Below, piece after piece: positions 1 to 12,860 of a stretch of 64,000 nt of DNA. Made by a program: the position numbers and the translations under genes. The notes beneath the pieces are model-generated. The model searched no databases. It worked only from the letters and a program-made list of their open reading frames with translations, and was not told where the DNA came from. Every line of letters starts with the position of its first letter. Positions within the stretch are counted from its first letter, which is position 1. The stretch lies in the NCBI GenBank assembly GCA_040954595.2, contig CM082579.2, forward strand, positions 11,719,834-11,783,833, read 5' to 3'. The stretch is from Balanoglossus misakiensis (lineage: Eukaryota > Animalia > Hemichordata).

Positions 1-3000
1 CATTGGCCCAAACAGTCTCAGGAAGTAAGCTTTCAGCCTACCAATGTAGCTATTATATTTTCCACTTTTTGTAAGTGAAGCCTGACTGTCGCCTGTCTTA
101 GGTCACCACTTCATAAGCGGTCTTACCCGTCATTGGCCCAAACAGTCTCAAGAAGTAAGCTTTAGCCTACCAATGTAGCTATTATATTTTCCACTTTTTG
201 TAAGTGAAGCCTGACTGTCGCCTGTCCTAGGTCACCACTTCATAAGCGGTCTTACCCGTCATTGGCCCAAACAGTCTCAGGAAGTAAGCTTTCAGCCTAC
301 CAATGTAGCTATTATATTTTCCACTTTTTGTAAGTGAAGCCTGACTGTCGCCTGTCTTAGGTCACCACTTCATAAGAGGTCTTACCCGTCATTGGCCCAA
401 ACAGTCTCAGGAAGTAAGCTTTCAGCCTACCTATGTAGCTATTATATTTTCCACTTTTTGTAAGTGAATCCTGACTGTCGCCTGTCTTAGGTCACCACTT
501 CATAAGCGGTCTTACCCGTCATTGGCCCAAACAGTCTCAGGAAGTAAGCTTTCAGCCTACCAATGAAGCTATTATATTTTCCACTTTTTGTAAGTGAAGC
601 CTGACTGTCGCCTGTCTTAGGTCACCACTTCATAAGCGGTCTTACCCGTCATTGGCCCAAACAGTCTCAGGAAGTAAGCTTTCAGCCTACCAATGTAGCT
701 ATTATATTTTCCACTTTTTGTAAGTGAAGCCTGACTGTCGCCTGTCTTAGGTCACCACTTCATAAGCGGTCTTACCCGTCATTGGCCCAAACAGTCTCAG
801 GAAGTAAGCTTTCAGCCTACCAATGTAGCTATTATATTTTCCACTTTTTGTAAGTGAAGCCTGACTGTCGCCTGTCTTAGGTCACCACTTCATAAGAGGT
901 CTTACCCGTCATTGGCCCAAACAGTCTCAGGAAGTAAGCTTTCAGCCTACCTATGTAGCTATTATATTTTCCACTTTTTGTAAGTGAATCCTGACTGTCG
1001 CCTGTCTTAGGTCACCACTTCATAAGCGGTCTTACCCGTCATTGGCCCAAACAGTCTCAGGAAGTAAGCTTTCAGCCTACCAATGTAGCTATTATATTTT
1101 CCACTTTTTGTAAGTGAAGCCTGACTGTAGCCTGTCTTAGGTCACCACTTCATAAGCGGTCTTACCCGTCATTGGCCCAAACAGTCTCAGGAAGTAAGCT
1201 TTCAGCCTACCAATGAAGCTATTATATTTTCCACTTTTTGTAAGTGAAGCCTGACTGTCGCCTGTCTTAGGTCACCACTTCATAAGCGGTCTTACCCGTC
1301 ATTGGCCCAAACAGTCTCAGGAAGTAAGCTTTCAGCCTACCAATGTAGCTATTATATTTTCCACTTTTTGTAAGTGAAGCCTGACTGTCGCCTGTCTTAG
1401 GTCACCACTTCATAAGCGGTCTTACCCGTCATTGGCCCAAACAGTCTCAGGAAGTAAGCTTTCAGCCTACCAATGTAGCTATTATATTTTCCACTTTTTG
1501 TAAGTGAAGCCTGACTGTCGCCTGTCTTAGGTCACCACTTCATAAGCGGTCTTACCCGTCATTGGCCCAAACAGTCTCAGGAAGTAAGCTTTCAGCCTAC
1601 CAATGTAGCTATTATATTTTCCACTTTTTGTAAGTGAAGCCTGACTGTCGCCTGTCTTAGGTCACCACTTCATAAGCGGTCTTACCCGTCATTGGCCCAA
1701 ACAGTCTCAGGAAGTAAGCTTTCAGCCTACCAATGTAGCTATTACATTTTCCACTTTTTGTAAGTGAAGCCTGACTGTCGCCTGTCTTAGGTCACCACTT
1801 CTTAAGCGGTCTTACCCGTCATTGGCCCAAACAGTCTCAGGAAGTAAGCTTTCAGCCTACCAATGTAGCTATTATATTTTCCACTTTTTGTAAGTGAAGC
1901 CTGACTGTCGCCTGTCTTAGGTCACCACTTCATAAGCGGTCTTACCCGTCATTGGCCCAAACAGTCTCAAGAAGTAAGCTTTAGCCTACCAATGTAGCTA
2001 TTATATTTTCCACTTTTTGTAAGTGAAGCCTGACTGTCGCCTGTCCTAGGTCACCACTTCATAAGCGGTCTTACCCGTCATTGGCCCAAACAGTCTCAGG
2101 AAGTAAGCTTTCAGCCTACCAATGTAGCTATTATATTTTCCACTTTTTGTAAGTGAAGCCTGACTGTCGCCTGTCTTAGGTCACCACTTCATAAGCGGTC
2201 TTACCCGTCATTGGCCCAAACAGTCTCAGGAAGTAAGCTTTCAGCCTACCAATGTAGCTATTATATTTTCCACTTTTTGTAAGTGAAGCCTGACTGTCGC
2301 CTGTCTTAGGTCACCACTTCATAAGCGGTCTTACCCGTCATTGGCCCAAACAGTCTCAGGAAGTAAGCTTTCAGCCAACCAATGTAGCTATTATATTATC
2401 CACTTTTTGTAAGTGAAGGCTGACTGTCGCCTGTCTTATGTCACCACTTCATTAGCGGTCTTACCCGTCATTGGCCCAAACAGTCTCAGGAAGTAAGCTT
2501 TCAGCCTACCAATGTAGCTATTATATTTTCCACTTTTTGTAAGTGAAGCCTGACTGTCGCCTGTCTTAGGTCACCACTTCATAAGCGGTCTTACCCGTCA
2601 TTGGCCCAAACAGTCTCAGGAAGTAAGCTTTCAGCCTACCAATGTAGCTATTATATTTTCCACTTTTTGTAAGTGAAGCCTGACTGTCGCCTGTCTTAGG
2701 TCACCACTTCATAAGCGGTCTTACCCGTCATTTGCCCAAACAGTCTTAGGAAGTAAGCTTTCAGCCTACCAATGTAGCTATTTTATTTTCCACTTTTTGT
2801 AAGTGAAGCCTGACTGTCGCCTGTCTTAGGTCACCACTTCATAAGCGGTCTTACCCGTCATTGGCCCAAACAGTCTCAGGAAGTAAGCTTTCAGCCTACC
2901 AATGAAGCTATTATATTTTCCACTTTTTGTAAGTGAAGCCTGACTGTCGCCTGTCTTAGGTCACCACTTCATAAGCGGTCTTACCCGTCATTGGCCCAAA

Positions 3001-4716
3001 CAGTCTCAGGAAGTAAGCTTTCAGCCTACCAATGTAGCTATTATATTTTCCACTTTTTGTAAGTGAAGCCTGACTGTCGCCTGTCTTAGGTCACCACTTC
3101 TTCAGCGGTCTTACCCGTCATTGGCCCAAACAGTCTCAGGAAGTAAGCTTTCAGCCTACCAATGTAGCTATTATATTTTCCACTTTTTGTAAGTGAAGCC
3201 TGACTGTCGCCTGTCTTAGGTCACCACTTCATCAGCGGTCTTACCCGTCATTGGCCCAAACAGTCTCAGGAAGTAAGCTTTCAGCCTACCAATGTAGCTA
3301 TTATATTTTCCACTTTTTGTAAGTGAAGGCTGACTGTCGCCTGTCTTATGTCACCACTTCATAAGCGGTCTTACCCGTCATTGGCCCAAACAGTCTCAGG
3401 AAGTAAGCTTTCAGCCTACCAATGTAGCTATTATATTTTCCACTTTTTGTTAGTGAAGCCTGACTGTCGCCTGTCTTAGGTCACCACTTCATAAGCGGTC
3501 TTACCCGTCATTGGCCCAAACAGTCTCAGGAAGTAAGCTTTCAGCCTACCAATGTAGCTATTATATTTTCCACTTTTTGTAAGTGAAGCCTGACTGTCGC
3601 CTGTCTTAGGTCACCACTTCATAAGCGGTCTTACCCGTCATTGGCCCAAACAGTCTTAGGAAGTAAGCTTTCAGCCTACCAATGTAGCTATTTTATTTTC
3701 CACTTTTTGTAAGTGAAGCCTGACTGTCGCCTGTCTTAGGTCACCACTTCATAAGCGGTCTTACCCGTCATTGGCCCAAACAGTCTCAGGAAGTAAGCTT
3801 TCAGCCTACCAATGAAGCTATTATATTGTCCACTTTTTGTAAGTGAAGCCTGACTGTCGCCTGTCTTAGGTCACCACTTCATAAGCGGTCTTACCCGTCA
3901 TTGGCCCAAACAGTCTCAGGAAGTAAGCTTTCAGCCTACCAATGTAGCTATTATATTTTCCACTTTTTGTAAGTGAAGCCTGACTGTCGCCTGTCTTAGG
4001 TCACCACTTCTTCAGCGGTCTTACCCGTCATTGGCCCAAACAGTCTCAGGAAGTAAGCTTTCAGCCTACCAATGTAGCTATTATATTTTCCACTTTTTGT
4101 AAGTGAAGCCTGACTGTCGCCTGTCTTAGGTCACCACTTCATCAGCGGTCTTACCCGTCATTGGCCCAAACAGTCTCAGGAAGTAAGCTTTCAGCCTACC
4201 AATGTAGCTATTATATTTTCCACTTTTTGTAAGTGAAGCCTGACTGTCGCCTGTCTTAGGTCACCACTTCATAAGCGGTCTTACCCATCATTGGCCCAAA
4301 CAGTCTCAGGAAGTAAGCTTTCAGCCTACCAATGTAGCTATTATATTTTCCACTTTTTGTAAGTGAAGCCTGACTGTCGCCTGTCTTAGGTCACCACTTC
4401 ATAAGCGGTCTTACCCATCATTGGCCCAAACAGTCTCAGGAAGTAAGCTTTCAGCCTACCAATGTAGCTATTATATTTTCCACTTTTTGTAAGTGAAGCC
4501 TGACTGTCGCCTGTCTTAGGTCACCACTTCATAAGCGGTCTTACCCATCATTGGCCCAAACAGTCTCAGGAAGTAAGCTTTCAGCCTACCAATGTAGCTA
4601 TTATATTTTCCACTTTTTGTAAGTGAAGCCTGACTGTCGCCTGTCTTAGGTCACCACTTCATAAGCGGTCTTACCCATCATTGGCCCAAACAGTCTCAGG
4701 AAGTAAGCTTTCAGCC
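1..4716. repeat. 130-bp tandem satellite, ~36 near-identical copies, truncated by window start
   Basis: cattggcccaaacag recurs at 1, 131, 260, 390...; only scattered SNPs and 1-bp indels; array ends at ...tttcagcc (4716). Confidence 0.98.
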
Positions 4717-4878
4717 GAACCGGACCCAACGACACCGACCCATCATTATACCTTTTAACAACAGGTACAGCAAGAAGAGAAATGAACGTAACACAACAGC
4801 CAGAAATTATGGATTTAATGACAATAGCAGGATTTACATCAATGAAAACCTTACACAAAGAAGAAAATCGTTCGGACG
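4717..4878 (+). mobile_element. LINE (CR1/L2-group) ORF1 fragment
   Basis: Translates RHRPIIIPFNNRYSKK...NDNSRIYINENLTQRRK, the PII..F / RIYINENLT pattern also seen in the ORF1 at 63231. Confidence 0.7.
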
Positions 4879-6902
4879 TCCCATGGCATTGCAGTGAAAC
4901 TGGGACATAAAGGTCCAAACAATGAGGCTGACCACATGGTTATGGCTCCAATTACGGCAACTGTGAAGTGTAGTGGAACTGCAGATGACTGACGTTACCC
5001 AGGGCAACGGCGAACCAGGACCCTGGAGGGCGGAGCAGCGGGACCTGACTGACAGGAGCTGTACATAGCAGTTGTGAACATAGTATATGAAATAATTTAA
5101 AATAGTCATTGCTCTCTGGGTCCATCATTTTCAGTAGAAGTGACCTGATTTCACATCAGTAGTTTACCACCCGTCATTTCCAGCTAATTTCATGTAGTAC
5201 AAAACTCCTATACAACATAATGACATTTCTAGAACCTTTTTTTGCTGGTTGGGCCGACAGACTAACACTAGTGGTTCTAAAAGAAACTTCCATAACAACC
5301 TGTACACTTGACGCGTTCAAGTCAAGGCAGACCTAACCCATTCAAAATATGCAAATTAGGAAAAGACGCATACTAGTACATGCATTCTTTGCATCCCCAG
5401 AGACACACACAGGAAATCAAGCGAGTGCGGCCACTAGCTGGAAGAGCTGACTTCAATGCATTGCCTTGCAATGTTCATGATACAGGGGGGTGATGATCAA
5501 TGAACAGAACAGCGATCCACTTTCATGCCTTGTAGTGCACTGATCGTGGCAAGTTGATCATGGCAAAACAAATGACTATGTTAGATAGCAGTGCTTCACA
5601 AGTTTGGCTAATTTGTATGAAAATCGTCTCGCCAAACACAACCTTTTTCTCGCATTTGCGATTTGGCGAGCGGGTAGCGAAAACACTGCTGGCTAATCCG
5701 TTCCGATTTCTGTCAATGTTCCAATTCTTCCTCAACACCACAAAGCTACACACCCCTACTAGAAAATGGTATGAATTCTTGACGGACGGAAGTAGTAGCT
5801 CATACCCAACTTGACAGACTCCTTTGTAAAAAGGCTTTGTTTACACTTCGGAGCCAAACAGGTTGGTGCGGGGGGGGGGGGGGGGGGGGGTTGTCTACAT
5901 TGATGCACGTGGGGATATGAGAAACAAAATACTTTTTTTACAAGAAAAATCTATGCCGTCTCTCTGCCTGTATGTTTCTTCTACAAGCTCTAATAGAAAA
6001 ATGATTATGAAATAAGTTTGCAAGACAGTATGGAAGAATATCCTGAACTCAACATTACAGTGAAGGGGTCATCGCGCCGCGTTTGTTTATAAACATTACA
6101 ATTCATCCACAACAAATTAGATCATTCTTAGAATGAACGAAGCAGCCAACTGTAGTGTAGACTGGGCATGGCAGCAACTGAAGATCCTAGTAGGTCGTGG
6201 CGACTGCAGTCGGGTTTGCACTGCCCTTACGAAAGTCACCAAGATGTAACAACCTTGTACAAGCTTGCTGCAATGTTGACACAACTTTGAAATACTAGCT
6301 CTTAGCTTGTATAAAGGTTTTACAAGCTTGGATAGGATTATGGCTTAATTTTACAAGCTTGGATACAGCTTGTGAACAACCCCATGCAAGCTTGTACATT
6401 ACACACTTGCTACAACCTTGATTGTTGCACACTTACTGTGAGCCAGAAGTTATTGTCAGACTCCTTGACTCAGAGCTTAGAACCTCATACTTTGCATTGG
6501 TTCATCTAGACCAGGGGGATTCACCCCCTGGCCCTGTTGACATGTTGACATGAAGTCATTCACATGTTCGAGATATTACAGTCCCCCCCCCAAAAAAAAA
6601 AATTCTGGCAAAGGGGGGGGGGGGTCCTATCTCCCCTCTTGATAGCTTCCCGAATAAAAAATTGACTTTGAATGAAAATCCCTATTTTAACTCGCTATAA
6701 TGACCAAAAACAAATCAACACAAAGTTATTTATTGTACCTGATTCTTTATTACATAATTCAAGAAGATAAATGTGTTAAACATTACTACACTGTGGTCAA
6801 CTTAACTCTTAACTTTTATATCCAAATTTACATGTCAACTTTAACTCTAAACTTTATACAAATTAACTATGTACTGGTGGCATACATATTTTTACATGAC
6901 AA

Positions 6903-9698
6903 TCAATCTTTCTCCAGTCGATTGGGACATTTACTGATATAGGCAATGGTGGGATTACTGTCTATCACCATAAACATACACTTTTCACCTACATCATCTA
7001 ATTTGATAACAACAGTTTTTGTTCTACAAAGGTCTACAGTGAATATATGTGAGGCATGATTTATTACATTGGAATTGACTGGTGTCAACTGAGTAATCAG
7101 TGCAAAATTTTTGATGCAGTTTGTACACCCAGTGGAATTGCAGTACATGCACTGACTTGTTAAACAGTACTGGAAAAAAAATTCTACTCGACCAAAGTGT
7201 TCCTTCCCATCAGTACTAATATATGTGATAGTGTAGCTGTTACGCTGTTGTACTCGGATATAGCTTCTGGAGTGTATTACAATAAAATGCTTCAAAAGGC
7301 AATTGTATGATTTTACAATATCAGCAGTTGGCACATACCCTAGTGCTAAAGACAGTGCCTCAAATTAATGTTTACTTAATTTGCGCAATTTACCTTTCCT
7401 TAATGCAAACATTCCATTCCCAAGATCTACTCTAAGTTTTCCAGATATGGGAAAGTTATGGGTCATTTTTGAATACAGTCGTTCAGCTGTACTTCCTGAG
7501 ACAATACAGTTTGAGGCAATCTCAGGCAAATTTTGCATGATTGAAACTGCATTCACAATTTGCCTTTCAATATGTTGCGTACCATGGAAAAGTTTGAGTA
7601 ACTGGCCATTTTTGTCTTCAAAATGAAAACAGGATGATGTCCATAATGGACCCAATTCACGCACAACATCTGTCAGATGGACAAGCATGTGAAGATTACA
7701 TGTCAAATACTGCTCTTTATAGTAGTCTGAAAACAACATCACAAATTTCAGCAAGCATTCCTCTGCATGGTTAAGAGCTGCAGGTGATATTGAGTCACAT
7801 AACAAAATGTAAACACCTTCACTTAGTAATTGAAAATGCTCGAAGTAATCTGCAGGCAAAATTCCGATGAGGCATGGAACAGAATAAAACAGTAACCATG
7901 ACCTCACCTCATTTGCCTTCCAGTACTTCTTCTGGTCGATACTACGTGGACAACGAGTAATTTCATTTGTTGGCTTAATACTCAAAATTCGTTTGTTGAC
8001 TTCGTCAATTTTGTCTCCAATGTAAAAATCTTGTAATTTGTGCTCAGCATTAAACCATAAATTAAGTAACAGTTTTGCAACACCTTGACATACTGCATGC
8101 ATGTAATCAATGGCCGTTCCTGTGATTATATCATAATTTGGCCTCCAACATAACCATGATGGCCCCTTAACACCATCCTTTACAATTCCCCTTTCAATGG
8201 CATCCTTAGCATCAGACAGCGTACCATCCTTAGTTCTAAGTGGTCCTTTTGGGTTGCTTTCTATGAAAGGGAATGCATGGACGTGACCTCTTACGCCTAC
8301 TTTTACAGTTTTCCCTGGTTGTTTACATTTGGGACAACCACATTTCCCATTAAACTGAGTAAAATTTTGTACCAAACATTTGGCAGGCATATCAAAGGTT
8401 CCCATCAATAGCATTCCTTTAACACAGATTTGGACACCAGATTCTGGTAAGTTTAACTCTATTCCTTGTGAATTTAAGGATGTCATTGCCAAATGCAACG
8501 GTTTAAAAAATGTAGACATATCTGGCTTTTGACAACCAAACCAAATACCAGCCAAGATCTTGTTATCCTTGTGGGTTCGTTGGTTATATGGGAGTTCGTT
8601 AATAACCAAATAAAGTGGCCAGATAGAAAATTTCGAAGATTAAAATATTGGGACTCCGTCTGTGTTCAGTGTGAATGAAATGTTATTTGGATTTGCAAGA
8701 AATCCATTTGGACGAAAATGTTTTGCATATTCAGATCCATCATAAATGTCCTCTATATTCAAGTGATTTTTCTTATTACGCCTAAATCGGTAATGTAGAC
8801 TCTCATAAAATCCAACCCTACTGAATAATGAAATTATCTGAGTAGCAAGACGCACCTCAATGAAATATTGTTTACTGGTTGGCCTACTCAAGTCACTGTC
8901 ACAAATACTGCATCGCCCAATTCCACCGTTTGACAAATAGCTACAGCATGATGAACAGTAATAATGGAACACCATAGGCGATTTAAGATTTTTAAAGTAG
9001 TTAAAAAACATGTTCACTGATCTCAAAGTTTCGGGCTGCGTCAGACAGTGTGCGCTTATCAAAGACAACAGGTCACAGAAGGCTTCTCCAGTCAAGCTGT
9101 ACTTCATGACGAAAGTTAGTATGAGCAACATGCTCACACTTCTTGTTATTGGGCAATTTTCGTACACTGGCGGATCACGAACTTCCTCAGAAACCAGTTG
9201 CTCATCGTCAACGTCACCGTTGTCACCCTGTTCGAGTTCAGCTTTGTTTCCTTCGTCACCATCGGTATCTACCGGTATATCCAAACTCTCGTCGACACAG
9301 TCAACATACTCCTCCATTTTGTATTCGATGAAAGAATCATAATCAAAATCAGCAACGGTCAGTCTGGCTTCATCATCGTCCATGGAAAGTTTAGATTCTG
9401 GGTCATCGTAGGTATTTTCACCAACGCTGCTTTCATAGGCATCGGCAATCACATTTTGAACGGGCATTCCTACCGTCCGTTCATCGCTCCGCACCATGTG
9501 CACGCTACTGACGCCAGCTTCCGGGTTCCCCTCATCGAGTTGGGTCACGAACTCCGCAGCAAAGTCTTCGTCTCTCTGGTTTTCTCTTGCCGTGTGAATG
9601 TTTTCACCGCTGACATCAGAAGTTTTTTCCCTCCGCCACTTAGTTGTCCTACTTCCGGCGACTTCATGGCCACTCCAATTTGAACCTGCGTCCGACAT
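6903..9698 (-). pseudogene. EnSpm/CMC transposase (~930 codons) with two in-frame TAA stops
   Basis: ORFs 8640-9869, 7365-8609 and 6903-7334 share one frame, separated only by stops at 8640-8642 and 7365-7367. Motifs: NTDGVPIF*SSKFSIWPLYLVINELP, GTFDMPAK..QFNGKCGCPKC, IDYMHAVCQGV, NLHMLVHL..GPLW..SCFHFE. ATG at 9698 is the likely start. Confidence 0.88.
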
Positions 9699-9917
9699 AT
9701 TGTGCTCCACGATCGATCTTTTGTTCACGTCACTGCACTGGCTGTGTGTACGTGTTATCGCGAGAAATCGCCAGTACGTCACGTGGGCTATGATATGCGC
9801 TCTGATTGGACAGTGGTTAAGGCGCGAAATTATATCTCTATTGTAAACACAAAACCCACACTGCTCCATTCATCGCAACTGTCATGCCTGTTGAAGTACA
9901 TTTATATTCAACTAACA
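9699..9917. promoter_or_regulatory. Putative bidirectional promoter between transposase and BEN gene
   Basis: ~220-bp CpG-rich gap between divergent ATGs with CACGTG, ATTGG (9805-9809), GGCGCGAAA (9821-9829) and TCGCGAGA (~9758). Confidence 0.55.
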
Positions 9918-12434
9918 ATGGAGCAAAAATACGCCTTTTCTTTGATTTACTGGATCAATGAAGGAAACTACAGCGTTGAAGAGACCAGCTCAATCGCAAC
10001 AGCAGAGGGAGAAGCGATTGCAATTGGAAAGCGATATAACGTAGCATGGAAGGCGAGAGGGAAAATCCGTATTTTTCCTGGCATTGTAAAGAAATTAGGT
10101 AAGTTCAATAGTATTCATTTGTAGTTTTGGGGTTCATATATATCCAGCAAACGCACGGGCAAAAAAATGTGTTGGTAGTGTTATTATTGTTAGACATACA
10201 TGTGCTTGACCGTACAGTACACCTCCGTTATTCTCTGTCAACACGTCCGATCAGCAATTACATGCTGGTCTGAATGCACTGTTTCTGTATGCTGCACGAC
10301 GCTGATCTGATGATCAGATCAGCCCTTTTATAATGTGTGTTTATGAAATCTTTTCATTTTTGCCGTTTTACATTGTTTCCGGGCTTAGCTGATGTTCAAG
10401 ATTATACTAGCAATACAAGTGAACAAAGAGAATCAATCGTCTCATCGTTTAGACGTTTACGGCCTTGCGACCTGTAATCTAATTTACGATTTACAAAGAA
10501 GCAAACTTCTGTGTTCGCGCTACATCTTCGCCACTTTCACAAATGCGAATTGATCTCAAATGTGACGAACTATTTTGGACAATGTTAGCCACAAGTGGCG
10601 AAAGGAAAATCTTCCGAGTAATTGCATTTTCCAAACTATTATCTATTTAGTCTGCAATGGGTCTGAACTCATTACCATAACAATTCAAACAATTGTTATG
10701 CAAAATAACCGTCAATATGGCAGAAAATGACATAGTTGAATAGCATGAATTATGATCTCACAAATATTCACACTGAATAAGACAGATTTTAACTTCTTTA
10801 CCAAGTCAGAGTTCTATTTTCCAATACCAGACTGCAGAAGACAGTATTTTGTGTTGTAATCCTTATTCCTTTAGGAAGATCTGTGTAATGAATTGTAACA
10901 AATTTCTTTACAGGTGATAAAAAGGAGATGAAAAATGCTCTAAAGGAATTGGAGAAAACTAGTTCTACTGATACATCTAAAACCGATGTGGAGACAGGGC
11001 GAGGACACCGACGTGCAAAGCCAAATCCAAGATATGAAACATGCGCAGAATCAGAAGAAAATGATGAGCCAGTGAAAAGAAAGCGAACGAAGAAAGCTAC
11101 CAAAACCCACATAACTCAAGCCAAAGCAAATGATCTTTTCAGGCAAGTAGAGCCAACTACAGCTGTTCCAGGAAAGGTGCAAGGAGAAGGCAGCGAGTCA
11201 GTGATGACAGGCATGCAGAGACGACAGATAGCCAAGGAACGGGCAGATTCACTGATTGGCTACAACTCTGCAAGTCATAGTCCCAGTGGCAACAACTCTG
11301 CTAGTCATAGTCCCAGTGGCAACAACTCTGCAAGTCATAGTCCCCGTGGCAACAACTCTGCAAGTCATAGTCCCCGTGGCAACAACTCTGCAAGTCATAG
11401 TCCCAGTGGAAGCAATACTACAGCAAGTGTCATCAGACGGTCAATAACTTTATCAAATGACGTTGAGGAGAACAATGATTCTGAACAGACTGACTCGAAT
11501 GCAATGCCTTCATACATCTATTTTTCTGATTCACCTCCACCTGCCTCTCATATCCCATGTCCACAGTTGTCACCACCAAGACGGCACAGTACTTCACCTA
11601 ATGCCATGTACAATGAAGTTACACCATTCTCTCTCAATACACCCAACTTTACTCAGCAGACCCCCCCCCCCCCCAATCATTATCCATGGTCCCACTCCCA
11701 ATCACGTGCATCACCATCACCTTCATATGCTGTTCCCCAACAACAGCAATCACAAACTTTGTCCATTTCTCCATCATCTGAACCATACTCGCCATCACCA
11801 CGCCCTTTATATAATTCAAATGCACGTTCTCCACAACCTTTGCAACCACTGTCTCCAAATAACAACTGCAATGAAAGCAGCAGTGACTTTCCAAGAAAAA
11901 TAAGACTGTATAAGGGATATGATGCATTCTTGACAAAGCGGCAGCTCAATGAAGCAATGGAGGCTGCTTCTTGTACTTCCAGGGGCAAACTACCATCCGT
12001 CTTGACACGCAAACTACTCGTTACATTTTTTTAGAGATCACATACTTTCAAAATCCAAGGCAACGTCATCAACAAGAACATAGAACAACTCTGGCCATAC
12101 TGGTTTGGATGGTGAAATTACAGGTGCCATAAAAGGTAGGTGTATTATACATTGTAGTGCAGAGTCACCTATCCAAATTAAGTACACTTTCTGGAACAGA
12201 AAAAAATGTCATTAATAGAGAGGTAACACTCTATTCAAATCATAACTTTCAATGTGACATATTTTCCAGTGTATTTAAATAATTTTATCCTCTTGTATTT
12301 ATTACACAGGATATGTTCGTGAAAGGTTTCCGAGAGCCATTATTAATTTCAATGACATCATCAACGATGAATGTGGCCAAGCCAGGAGGAGGATTAAAGT
12401 AAGAGCCGAAAAAATCATATGTAACAGAAACTAA
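9918..12434 (+). pseudogene. Transposon-borne BEN-domain protein gene (3 exons), disrupted near 3' end
   Basis: Exons 9918-10098, 10914-12135 and 12310-12434; GT-AG phase-1 junctions join in frame. C-terminus LTRKLLVTFF/RDHILSKSKAT..GLDGEITGAIK|GYVRERFP..FNDIINDECGQARRR is BEN-like. One extra T in the T-run at ~12030 and an internal TAG at ~12081. Confidence 0.72.
11258..11410 (+). repeat. 30-bp coding minisatellite x5 (NNSASHSP[S/R]G)
   Basis: ggcaacaactctgcaagtcatagtccc[a/c]gt repeated in frame within ORF 10928-12034. Confidence 0.95.
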
Positions 12435-12860
12435 CCGTAATACCAAAAAAGCAACAGGATAACTTTTCTGAGCCATATAACAACAGAGAACTGTTTATTT
12501 TTGTGAATTTTATTAGATTTTTGTTAGAAACCATGATGCCAAAAAGCAAGGAAAAGCAACAAGATAACTTGTTTTCTGAGCCATATTACAACAGGGAACT
12601 GCTTATTTTTGTGAATTTTATTAGACTTTGTTAGATTTTTGTTAGAAACCATGATACCAAAAAGCAAGGAAAAGCAACAAGATAACTTGTTTTCTAAGCC
12701 ATATTACAACAGGGAACTGCTTATTTTTGTGAATTTTATTAGATTTTTGTTAGAAACCATGATACCAAAAAGCAAGGAAAAGCAACAAGATAACTGTTTT
12801 CTGAGCCATATTACAACAGGGAACTGCTTATTTTTGTGAATTTTATTAGATTTTTGTTCT
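12427..12860. repeat. ~108-118-bp tandem repeat x4 downstream of the BEN gene
   Basis: gaaaccatga..caaaaagcaaggaaaagcaacaagataac at 12527, 12645 and 12753, plus a partial copy at ~12427. Confidence 0.9.

Noticed and set aside
1-4716. CRISPR array, 5S rDNA or spliced-leader RNA cluster
   Set aside because: No unique spacers or cas genes; the 130-bp unit does not resemble 5S rRNA; GTAAGT is present but there is no convincing Sm-site arrangement; the unit length is not a multiple of 3 and stops recur.
8640-9869. Three separate genes at 6903-9869
   Set aside because: Same frame with motifs continuing across single TAA codons: one transposase pseudogene.
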